From Iphione sp. A-MEVVRFRX5 (lineage: Eukaryota): a stretch of 64,000 nt of DNA. The position numbers and the translations under genes were made by a program. Positions 49,487-62,100 of the stretch are shown here, piece by piece (the first letter of the stretch is position 1; each line of letters starts with the position of its first letter). The notes below the pieces were generated by a model. It ran no database searches and had not been told where the DNA came from. It saw only the letters and a program-made list of their open reading frames with translations. The stretch covers positions 159,278,001-159,342,000 of the forward strand of contig OZ320313.1 of NCBI GenBank assembly GCA_976226885.1. The letters are read 5' to 3'.

Positions 49487-52400
49487 ACACATTTGAGAAT
49501 CGCACACAGCGGTTCAAGCAGTGATTAGTTCCGTTGTCATGCATCCACCCCGACTCCGAAAACCATCGACTGTCAACGGCACCCAGGAGGCATCTTGATG
49601 AAGTGGGATGAAAGAGGACAGCTCCCCATCAGTGCAGGGAAGTGCTAGCTTCTGAGCCCCTTTTAACGGAGGGGGCTACTAGGACGGGTTCGCCTTATTT
49701 AAGCGATATTATCTTTAGGGGGAGCCCTAATTGAATATTTCCCATCGCCAACAAAGCTTTCGTGCTGCGCGCCGCTGGGATCCACCTACTTGAATGCTGA
49801 GATTGCGCCCACCTGTTATATAGAGTTCTTTGATTAAACTACTCAATCCTGCACAGAGAAGCACCAAATGACACCGAGTAGCTGTCGCCGTAACCAAAGA
49901 GGCCCAGTCGAAGGGAAATGTAATGCACGCATAAAAAGAAGCGCGGTGTATTTTCATGGAGGGCCCCGCTGTATTCTGTTGCCATCTAAATAGGAAGAGG
50001 AACGACGGTTAAAATAGAAAAAAAGTATTGATTTTACGGTGGCATAGTAGTAGTCAAGGATACTGGCGTTACTTGATTCACTGGCACAGAACTCAACAAT
50101 CATCTTCTTTCCGCATCGAATGCATTAATAATCCTAGTATTTGGCTGACGGGTGTAATACTTTATGTCTCGACGGGAATAGTTTTAACTTAATGACAGAT
50201 TTATTGCTTACTCAGCTGCCTTGCGTCTATGCACACAGAGCGTCTAAGTTTTCAGAATAAAACGGCCTGTCACGGTCAATAGTATATGGAAGCTTTCAGA
50301 CACGTTTTCTCACGACGGCGGCCAGCGCTATGACGGAATTCCGGCGCATTCGGCCCGCATTAATGGAACCATCATTCATTCAGTCGCCGCCGTCCCGCCT
50401 GTCCCTTAGCCATCCGGGTGTCACCCAGACACACTTGTGGCCGTATCTTTTTTTTTCTTGCCCACCGAAATAAATTGGCATTTGTAACGAGCTATGAATT
50501 ATGTATGTCCTGTTGTCATTTGCTGCTGCAAGGCCTTTTTTCGGCGTACCTGCGCACTGGGCGCTCGCACGTTGAGATTCATATTTCATGCGACGCGCCG
50601 CCGTCAAGCGAGGCCTCAAAGAGCAAATGAAAACGAATGGCAGCCGGACCCTATAGTGAGCGCTTGTTTCAGCCCCGAAGGTGAATGAAATATTGAGAAG
50701 GGGGGACCGAAGCCAACCGAAGATGGGTGGATGGTATGGGCCTGGCTAGTGCTGCGGGTTGAAGCTGCATCCCTGTACATACCGATACGCTACATCAGCC
50801 ATGTTGGAAAGTGAGGCCCAGCTTCGAATAGCTAACTTGCCACTGTGACTATCGAACCGATGCAAATAAGCGACAATTACTTACCGACTACATTAAATTA
50901 TGTAAAGGCAGATGCACATATAGGCATGTATTTGACGACTTAAACGTTTATGTACGTCTTAGAGGTGGGAAGTGACCGCTCTTCGTGTCTCATATATTTT
51001 AGTACATTTTTAAGGCCGAGGTAAAGTTACATCCGAGTTACATTCTCTTATTTCGACAGTTGACCACACGAAACATCGGATTCTTCACTGATTACTATCG
51101 GAAATCCCGCAGATGCTATCATCCAGGGATCGTATCAAACAAAACACAACCTCTGCACACGAATCTTATACTCTTCAACAGTTTATGTATTCAGTCCTTG
51201 GGAGGTCGTCGTAAAACCGTTGAATAGACTCTCGTTTCATTGGATGCTGTTCGTACTTCCCTCCAATTCAAGCTTGAATATTTTCATCGCTTTTCTTTGG
51301 AACGGTTTCAAAATAACCCTTTTGGTCGAAATTCTGTCATTTAAAAATATCATATCAACCATTTTATTCATAAAAGCGACTGGAGGAAAATATGATGCTT
51401 TATCAACAACTAATCCCTGGGGACGATTTTCGTGAATGTTTAGGTATGGTCATAAAAAGGATGCGTTTTTTACGAGAAGCAATTGTGAACGTGATAAATT
51501 AAGACTACAATTACAGAATAGTTTTACTGTTTTCCGAAACTTTGAAAGAGGTAGTCTACAAGCGCAACCCCACCAGATTTAGTTTGTAAAAAAAGACACT
51601 GTTTTAAGATGGAACATCCCGATCAAATTAGAAATATTGCTCTGATAAAGTGGTCAGCGAATATAATACAGCCTCATGTGTACTGAGTTTGTGAGTGGAT
51701 ATGGCGTTTTCACAAAAGGGCTGTATTGCATGCGTCCACTGCGAGGCCTCATAGATATGAAGCGGTAAACAAAGAGAGCAATATGACCGCGATGTGTGAT
51801 GCTTCAGATTACTCACTGACCCGTCCAAGGAGGTGATCGGGACGACACCTGGTGTCTACCACCAGGGCGCGCCTCTGGCTCTTGTCTGGTTCCACCTTGT
51901 TACTCCCACGTCAGAGAGTGACAGGTACAATAGGTTGGCTAGGTTCGGGTCAAAGGTCAACCAACGGTGGTCCCCTCATCGACCGCAGTCGTTGCCTCCA
52001 GCAGGTCAGGTCGTCCGGGTGTGGTGGTGGTGGGGGGGGGGGGGCGGTTGTGTTGTGGAGGATGGAGGGGTGGGTAGTAGAGTGGGAAGGTGGTTTGGGA
52101 AGTTGGTTGGAGGATGGGCGGCTAGAGGTCGGGCCCGACTGGCGCTCGTATGAAGCAGTGCGTTCGGATTACACTCAAGACGAGCGCCTTTCTCACCATA
52201 CATCACCAGCGCAAACCGGCCCATTAAAATCCTGCAGCCGGCAGATAACTGACTGCACGACTCGGGACCCTGCGGCCGTCGGCCGGGGGCTCGCTTGATC
52301 GCTGGGCCGGCCCATCTATCTCGGCCCCTTATTGAGCATTAACAGTGACGTGAACTTTAAGTTGATGGTCAGGTCCCCAGCAAACAAACCTGCACAGAAC

Positions 52401-53539
52401 CCTGAAGGAAGGGACCGGGGGGGGGGGGGGTTAGACTTGGTCACGGTGTAGTGGTTTAAGCCTTGGGGCTTCGGCAAGTAGGCGGGGAAGTGAAAGATTT
52501 GTGTATTAGAGGACCTAATGGTGGATTCTTAGAACGTTTTGAAAAGAGATTAAACTCCAAAATAGGCTTAACTAAGGGGTTTCCCCGCTGAAATGGGTTC
52601 TTAGGGTAACACGTTTGGTCAAGGTAATACTTCTTCGCTGAACCTATTCTTGGTAAGGTTAAGCTCCTTTCGATGGTTTCTAAGTTGACCAATGAAAATG
52701 AGCTCTGTTTTGCTTGTGTGTATATCTTCCATTCCCGTCGCTTTATTAGACATACTCCTCAAACTGTTCAAACTCTCCACATGCAAAAGTATTTTCACAT
52801 TCGACAAAGTATGTACTTGTATACATATACATGTGCATCTGTGTGCAGAGAAATTTGTGGCCTTTCACAAAGATCATAGAACATGTGTATAATTTTCTTA
52901 CATGTGTCAGTAATATTTCCTTTTCAGGAAAACATGGAATGTTCTGATAGGGAACATGATAAAATGAACGGAAAGAGAAATATGTGATACAGTCGAAGCT
53001 CAATTCTGGGCACCTTCACTAGGAAGGTAACTCAGAATTAGGGACTAGATTCGCAGGTCCCTGTTAGTTTTTTCCTATACATGTACATATTATGACAATC
53101 TAAAGTGCAGCTCAAAGGGCAGATGTCCATACTAGCTTTAATGCATTGCATGTGTGTTTTTGTATGCATTGCCTTTGCATTGTATTTGCACTACATATAT
53201 AAAACATTGCCTGAAAGTAGTGTGGCCATGGGACTATCATCTCATACTGATATGACTATACAAAAATGCAATATTTTTTATATTGATTGAGCCATAAGTT
53301 TGTTTTAAGACAAAAGAAGGATGATTGTCCATCTTTGGTGTGTGTACAATGCTTGCTACTAAAAAACATGATATATGTGGCCCTACTTTCTGTACAGCCC
53401 TCCTCCATCCTGTGTGTTCAGTCAAGCAAAACCAAGAAGTTGTAAACTTGCATGTCATTCTGTACTTTGACCTCTTTCTCCCATCTCTGACACCCCCAAT
53501 AAACAACACACACACTCGAATCAAACAGTACAGGTGCCG

Positions 53540-53570
53540 AAGGCACTTGTTTTAATAAGACAAGTGCCTT
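53540..53570. other. 14-bp stem hairpin (1 mismatch, 3-nt loop)
   Basis: aaggcacttgtttt-aat-aagacaagtgcctt. Confidence 0.8.
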
Positions 53571-56033
53571 TGGTGGCAATTAGCAGTACCCCACCTCTGC
53601 CCAGTCAAGCAGAACCAAGGGTTGTAAAATGCTATGCCTAAGAAGGTGATGGTGGGGTTGTTGGCTCAGTCTGTTCTTTAACCTCTTCCCCAAACCCATC
53701 AAGGACGTGTGAATTGAAAAGGTAGTTCCTAATTTTTTTTCTACTTTCTTGTATATTTGGTTTTCTACCTTAAAACATGTGACAGACTCTATTATTCCAA
53801 AAAGATCCACATTGCATATCAGAAAAGAACAAAACATGAGCTTAACACATGTCTCATACACAAGAGATCTTCTCCCATGGCCGGACTACTTTCAGGCAAA
53901 GTTTTATATAGGTAGCGTAAAAAAGCAAAGTCACTAGAGGTGTTTCTGTGTCTGCTTTGTGTGAATATGTTTGGGTTGGTGCTGTTTCATTTTGACCAGT
54001 AAAACAATGTATACAACAGACAGGACGGAGGAGTGTAAGCCTCCAGCTGTAAACCCCTACAACAGATGACCTAATTTTCACACAACACAAAACACTGGAA
54101 TGCAGCAAAGTCATGCAAGATAAAAGACACCCTGACTTGTGACCATGTGGGAAAGAGGATTAGTGCAACTGACGGGGTTCAAGCTAACCACAATGTAAGG
54201 CAACCCAGTATCGCCTTAATGAAAGTACGGAAATCAGCCCTTACTAGCAACATTGTCTGGTTCTATTGGTGATCTTAATTGTAAGTTGCAACTGTTAGTT
54301 AAGTAATTGCTGACTGACAAATGACATAGAAATCATAATATTCTTCTGCTTCTTGACATCAGCAAGGAGGTAAGTCATTTATGAAAGTAACGAGGCTTGC
54401 TGCTTTGATTAAAACATTTTAGAGTACATGTTATAAGTTGACAGCCTGTCGAGCACTTAACGGGACATTTACATGTTTAAACATACATTTTGGGAATTGA
54501 TAACATACAACGATAATCACAGCCGAAAGAATGTGTAGATATTTTAGTTCCTCAACCGGAACATAGAAGTTGAGTTTAACAAATCACACACGTATGATTC
54601 GTCATCTTTTTACCGATGAATAATAATATTGCCAGACATGCAACTTATTTCGGTCCAAAATGTATTGCTCATTGGGAACGCTTCTAGATTTCATATAACT
54701 TTAGTGATCACGATGACCGTGAGTTGTGTAGGGAGCATCCTATCGAAAAATAACCGGTTAGTAGTGTTTAAAGGCACTTTCAAAGACACCATACTGACCC
54801 CCCCCCCGTGCTAACCTTCGTTGGGCGTATGTGGCATTTAGCCTTCCACAGAGGAAAGCCAAAGTCAACCACGTACTGGAGACCTGTGTGATGTCAATAC
54901 TTTGTCTTTGCAAAGCCAATGAAACACACCACATTTGCTCCCCCCCCTCCTTTCATGTATTATTACCTATCCGTCTGCTTATATTGGAACGACACTATGC
55001 TGTCGTATTACTTTTTTTTCTAGATGAGAGCCTATATATTTTAGCTTCCCCGATAAGAGACACAATGGTCCAGCGAACACTTCAGACAATGAAAAGACAA
55101 TAAAAGAGAGAGAGAAACGGCTTAATGGTTCTTCCTTATTATCTAAAAGAGCGTCTGACAAAACAATACGCTACACACAAAAGGTAAAAGGTCGATAGCT
55201 CATATTTATGGCGCGGCATGTCTTTCCGAGCAGAAGACTCGAGATAAGCTCGTGTTCTGTGGACATACTAGAAGAAATATCTGATAACACCTGATCAATA
55301 GGCCTTGTAGCCTGCCCTCCTCTCCTTTCTTGTGCCATCAGTCTCGGTGTTTATGTTGTTCGTGGAGCCTATTGAGTCCATTCCGGGGTGGTGACTGCAG
55401 ACGTCTCGTGTCACGCACACGGGAACACGGTACTAAATATCTGCACCGGTCGAGCACGCGGTGAACTTATGGCTTGCGGTGTCAGGTATATTGCTTTTTG
55501 GTTTGTGTATTTCAGAGATCATACATCCTAGAAAGTCTGTCTTTGTTCTCTGTGTGTTTTCAAAAAAAACCCTGTCATCCTGATCCGTTTAACGTTTCTC
55601 TTCCCCTCTATTTTATTCGTCTTCTCTTTCACTTTGTGTATTTGTCATATTCAGTTACTTTGTCTCTCTCTTTCGTAGGTGGGCGGGCATACTGTTTTCT
55701 TTTCTGCGCAGATACAGTCTCACCTAGAGACTAGACCTCATTAGGAAACGCGTTTGAAAAGATAGAAATGCTAAACGCCCTAGAATCTATCCCTCTGATA
55801 GAACTACATGCAACTAGGAAAAAAATCAATGGTGGTCTGATCAGAGGGGGGAAATAAATCAGTATCTTAAACAATTTCATGTATATTTCTAATAGTTTGC
55901 AATAGACATGGAAAAGCCAAGCAATATTTCTTAAATCCTTTTCATGTCCATGTACACATACGAGCAATGAATGGATTTTACAGAAGAGTTGAAAGGTTAA
56001 AGCGTGGGTTAAAGTATGTGGAGATAACCTCCA

Positions 56034-56172
56034 TTTATTTCCATCCAGGAGTCAATTTCTTCGGCGAGTTGGCCCCAACCCTTATATATGGGCAGGACGT
56101 TAGCAGTTAAATCACCTAGTAAGATGGACCCCGTAGGGATGTCTTGTCAACCTGCTCAGCCATCCATGACCC
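56034..56172 (-). mobile_element. Possible degenerate tRNA-derived SINE
   Basis: Head GGTCATGGATGGCTGAGCAGGTT resembles a tRNA-Leu/Ser 5' end with an A-box, and it ends in an AAATAAAT tail; no clear B-box. Confidence 0.28.
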
Positions 56173-59100
56173 CCTAACATATCACTGACCATCCTACATT
56201 CCCGTGGGCTTAAGGCCAATGACACCACCGACAACTGACATTGACCACCTCATTGAGACTTCAAAGACTGCAACGGGCTACTCTTGGTGTCATTCTAGCC
56301 TGGCATTTGACGAGACATAGGGAGGACTCTTACACCTCCTCCATCGACATGAAGCAGGTGCGAGTAAGCTGTCTGTTTGTGACACTGAAACCGTTAATAT
56401 TCAGACTGGGTAGACGTGGTTGGAATTCCTCTGGCTAATTATTGCCACCCTGCTCTATATACCGAATCTGTTTCACACCTGTCGGTGTGTTTTAGCCCTT
56501 AAGTTCAATTTATCAGATCGGTAAATCTGTGGACAGCAAGGCTTGACCCGGAAAAACAAAATTAATAAGGTTCCCCAGATTTCCTTTAGGTGGGAAGTGC
56601 AAGGTCATCTGTCATTGCATCGTTCTCCTACATAGAATGTCAGTGAAAACAGTTAATCAATTCTTCATTTACCGTTTGATAGATCACACAATGATGAACT
56701 CTTTTGCAACTAGCGAGAAGACTGTAAATAATTTTTATACTATTTCCAATGGAATTTAAGAATATAAGTGAACGTTCTGTTCATGTGCACATCATTTCAT
56801 GATTATATGATTTACACGACAGAAACTTACCAATTCATGTTTTACGAAACAAATTGTTCATACATACAGTAATCACGTACTATGCTGAAACGGTGCCCAT
56901 TTAGCTGAATCCACTGCATAAGAAATAGATTATGTCTCCGTGAGTTCTTTAAGTGAACTCTTTTCTAAACTAAGCAGTATGTAAGGCCACTCGATGGTTT
57001 ATATCAAGGTGGCTATTTTCACACCTGTGCAGTAAGTTATGACTTCGATTTCACGTAGCTGTCCGGTCGCATGAGAAGCAAAACCGTATGAAAATCCGTT
57101 TTAAACGGAGGGAATCTTACAAAATTGATTTTCTCAGCTGAATGGACATTTTGTTGGTAAGCAGTGTGGAGACTGTCAGTGATCTGATTGATTAATGAGG
57201 AGCGAAGCATAACTATCCCCTTCTGACACTCCCTGAAGACACATTTGTAGAGACGGTTTTCGCCCTTTGCGTGCTATTTGGACGTGAAAGTAAGGCCCAA
57301 TACATTACAAGTAATACAACCCAAGAAATAATGAACTGTTATCTTGCTGAAAGTAACATAAACTGTTTTGGTTGTCAGTGACGAAAAGAACGCTCTGTGA
57401 TAATAGTTTCCACTTACAACTTACACGCGTAAATTACCTTGGCTTGGATTCGTTTGATACCCAATCCTAAGAGTTTTACCATCATTTCTCACCACGACTT
57501 TGTAATGTCATCTGGCCACCTGCGGTGGACGGTAACCTAATGGTAGTGAATAGCAAGTTAATGAATATGGGAGAATTGTTGATTGTCGCAAGCGAAAACT
57601 ATGCATATTTTTTTACCTTGCACGTTGCAATATGTCACTCTAAAGGTTACTGCCCTCTTATCAGACACTTCTCTTATAAAGCATACGTATACGTCCTTCA
57701 CGTTGGTATCCTCAACCTTCTCATCACTGCTTCCCCTACTCTATGACCCGGTTCCCTTCACACCCTTTCAGCACACCAAGGTGTGTGTTTGGGGGCAATT
57801 ACCCAGGTGGACAGAGATCAAAGACATCACCCATCAGAGCAGCCGCAGAAGTTGGCAGGAGAGTGCAGGTGTAATAGCACACTGCCCTTCAGCTTTCACA
57901 TCACCTAGAGGATGCACGAAAACTTTTCCTTTCGCAACGGCGAATCCAGAGATTCGTTCGAAAATCGCAGGAATATCCAGTTCAGCGGCCGGCGGCTTGA
58001 GAGTAGAATATGCACTATTTATGTTTTTAATGAATTTAATTGTAGAATAGTAAAATATAATCTCACTCCTTTAACAAAATGGTAGTAATGACTATATCAT
58101 AGGTGCTTTACTACAAGTATATACATGCAGGTCAGAGAAGCATGCGAAATGTATAGTTGGTTGATTGGTTTTCTCTTTTTATTCCCCACGGTTACTTGGT
58201 TATTGCTGGTTCTGTACACTGGGATGTATAGTACAGGCCACAGAGGAGTGAGTACCACACAATCAGCATGAATTTGCCTGCGCGTCGTTCCACATTAGTA
58301 CCATTGGCTGACTATATGCCTTGCCCGGCGGAGTATTTTTCCGCGGATACGACTGCCGTTGTGACATAATTTGCTGCAATTTACAGTCATTGTACTCATG
58401 TTATCCCACGTAAAGGGTTCCCTAATTGGCGAGGAATGGAAGTTGGACACCGAGGATGGGCACCACTGGGAGGCAGAAGAGTGATGCGCCGTGGAAATAC
58501 TTTTACATGATGGCCGAATGAGTTTAGCCTTGGCGTTTTAGTAGTCACTTTAGTGGCTGACTGTGCGCTAAACGATGCTGAATGAAAGCATCTCGAAAAA
58601 AAAAACAATGTTGACCCCTTCAACAGAAAATTTGTCTTTATGCACTGCGGAAGAGGCTTGACATCAAGAAATGAGTACAATGCGAAACGGAAGATCAATA
58701 GGGTTCACACACGTTACGGTGGCATCCCTTCCGTAAAACCACAGCTTTGGGGAGGAAACCACACAGAGTGAGGTGACAAATTAAAACTCTAATGACTAGT
58801 GACAGAATTAGGATGCTTAACCTTCACCGTTCTCTCAATGGCAAGTGGGTGAGATGTTTTTAAAAAAAAGGCAAAAGGGGGCATGATCGGAAGAGCCCGT
58901 AATCCTAGTTGAGAAGAAACCGATAGAAGGAATCGCTTGAGGCCGGCTCGGAATCGTTTTAAAAGAGCGTTCAAGAGAAAGCGAAGAAGGATGGCCTCGC
59001 CCGGCGGCTCGTGTCTGAGACGAATACGTTGGACGGGAGGTGAGGTATCACTCATAAGACAGTGTTGGTCGATTGACTATCGACTCAATGAGGGATGAGC

Positions 59101-62100
59101 GGCGGGCGATGATCAACGACTTCAGCGCCAGTGAATACATTGGGCAGATTGGCTGGGGTTTAGTGTCGGCAGAGATGAACTCTACCCGTCATCACGGGCG
59201 GCTCTTTTGTATGCTACTTGATGTATATGGCACCCTACAGATACATACAGGCGATGCATCATCGCAATCATAAAAGCTACCTGGGGACCTGTCAAAAGCA
59301 ACGCGCTCCTCTAATCTTTTGTATGATAGTTACCTACCAATTATTAAATATTTAATACTTGAGCGGCAGTAGTGGCACTCTTTGTAACAAAGATGTATTG
59401 GTGCGGTACAAATTAAATTATGAGCAGTATATTACCGGAAAGGTACCTGAAAAATGTTTCTGGCTGAAACATGTATTTAGTTAGGATTCAGATTCAGTGG
59501 TATGTGCTTCTAAACAATACATATCGTATGGAGGTTTGAAACTAATTAATAACAAGACATATATACACTACTGTCATTCGCTACAAGTTACAGAAATAAA
59601 CCATACCAAGGAAAAATAAGTTTCGTTGCATTATGTTTCGAGTAAAATTTCCAGTTCAATCTTTCTAAGAAAAAATGTATTTCCATTTCCGGCTGAGAAC
59701 CCCGCTAGAGATGTTGTTGTGTTCGACTGTGTGTGGGGATCTTTGTAATCGGACGAGACAAGTTCAGTCCATTGCCGAAGTCATGACGTGAAAGCACCCT
59801 GAGAGGGAGCCGGGAGGGAAATTCGCCATTCACACGTAAGGAGGACCGTCAGTGCTAATGAATAAACATGCCTCAACGTGTGAGATCTTCCGACATGACA
59901 TGCACGACCCTTGCCCACGGACAGTCATAAGGTGATTGCAGCACGTTGGTCGGGTTGAGACCTTAGCTGTCAATCCGGACGTTTTCCCCTTTCTCATCCT
60001 GCTGTTCACACTGCTTGCAGGCAGTCCGGGACCTTTCCTGTCGGTCGCTATTGTTGGCAGAGCCAGCGAAATAGAATGCATTGGTTGAGTGAAGCTGCTG
60101 GTGCAGAAAGAACCACACGTCATTCGTGAGCAAACGAGACGAGGCTTACATAATACACGTATTATCAACACCCAGCCATGGAGAAATACGACGGACTGAG
60201 TTGAATTGTCAGCTCTACGTGTGAGACGAATCACTAAAGTGACAATTGCCTTCACATACGTACGTATACGTATGTGTAAGCGGCCTGTTCTCAAAACTTG
60301 TGGTGAAGTCTACAATATTTTATTACTGAAATTTTGGGAATACTTTAAGATGTGAAGACAAAGAGGCAAATCTGGACTATCCTGCACTCTTTTGAAAGAA
60401 TGTTGTTACATGTAGGTATTGCAGCCTAACCTAACGTTTAGCAGTAATCTGTATTATCTTCATTCTTCATTGAGATTCTTAGATTTCTATGTGTTGGGGT
60501 TAGTTTTACAAGTATGTCACAATAAAGTGCTCTGGTTATCTCTGAGTGAAAACGCACGCACACAAGCTTCTTGAGAAGCAAACGATGTACACTGAATCAT
60601 AGGTAAGAACTGAGCATGTATAAGTAAGAGCAAAGATTTGAAAGTTGTTCGCATTCAGAAATATAATTTGCTATTCCGGTCAAATCAGGAGACAATGTAT
60701 GACTGTACACATATATATGCTCACATACAGGCAGAGTTCGCTACCTCCAATCGTTATGGTTGAAGTGTGTCTAAAATTCTGAATAATCTATTATAGTACA
60801 TTGTATGAAGTCATGTAATGCCAACAATCAAGTTGCTGTTATCCCGTTTGTTCCAGACACTGAATAATTCACAGTTGTAAGTCTTGGAAGCGGTTATTCA
60901 AAAGCAGTATCTTATAAACTCAGTTTGGCGTATTCGTAATACTAAGATGGTGAAAAATATGAGAAAATGAACATGACCGTCCTGTTTTTAGTACTATTAT
61001 ATCAGAAAACTCATTCTACTAGCAGTGGCAGTGAGCATATGTTACCTGCTTCTCCTTTCTGATTGGATCGGGTAACAACATCCAGACATATAAATGTGCA
61101 CATGGATATTTATTCATATGTATTTGTTTAATGAGTCGTGATGAATTGCGCCGCATACAAAAGAAGCCCAGTTTCATTTATAACTCATAATGTATTATAG
61201 TGCATTATATATAGACATGTTAAACATATTCATGTAATCACGAAAGGGTATTATTTCACAGTAGTCCACACACGCTCCCTTTACGGTCAGCGACATCCGT
61301 CCCTCCCAGTGGCGACCAGCCCTTCCCACAGTACACTTAGCGCCTGATGGCCGAATATCCTCATCTCGGTCATCGCCACACATCATTCTTTCATTCCGTT
61401 CGCAGCTAATATTTACATGGCCGAGGAGATAGCAACCAACCATTTGGCGTGCGGTCCTGCTGATAGAGAGGCACACAGTCAGTAGACATAAACACACACG
61501 CACTGATATACAGAGGCTTTCCCATTTGCATACAGGGGGGCTGGCTCGGTAACATCGTTCCTCAGGCGAGTAGACTGTTTTATAAAACAGTGGTAACGTC
61601 TAAACCGATTGCTTCAGGGTTCAAAGAGAAGTGTGGAAGTGTGTATACATCTTTTGTCATTATCAAAAGAAGGCCAAAACTTAATAGATCTCAAATCGCA
61701 GACGGCGAAGGGAAACATACTGTGCTTGTGATCTATTTAAAGCAGAAGAATCCCAAGCTAAAGTTAACATGCATTTGTAACAATTGGTCTCAATTACAAT
61801 TTTAATTACTAAAAGACTGTCTGATATCACCTTGTCTTGGCAATATATTAAATATTCCAATGTAAATAGCTTCATGGCAATGGATACGATATGATATCAG
61901 TTGATTTACTTCTCCTGGTTACAAATAAATACACTTGGAGATCTTCCAATCAGCATAAAATGAAAATTAGAATGTAGGGGAAAAACGATAAAATAAAAAA
62001 ACACATGATAAAATCTTCTCATAATAGGGCAATCCAAATGCATCAGAAAGGTATTATGCTCTGACATAGAGTCGAGTTTAAGAACAGTTAAGCTCAAAAC

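Noticed and set aside
52150-52260. RTE endonuclease-like QDFNG / GEKGARL on the - strand
   Set aside because: The motifs overlap in different frames inside a low-complexity G-rich block; not supportable.
52437-52462. tRNA-like start GGTCACGGTGTAGTGGTTTAAGC
   Set aside because: A-box only; no B-box or cloverleaf.
59830-60294. 154-aa - strand ORF as the missing signal-peptide exon of the Ig gene
   Set aside because: No Ig B-strand motif; weak initiation context; its gtaagc donor is phase 1 and cannot join the phase-0 Ig1 exon directly.
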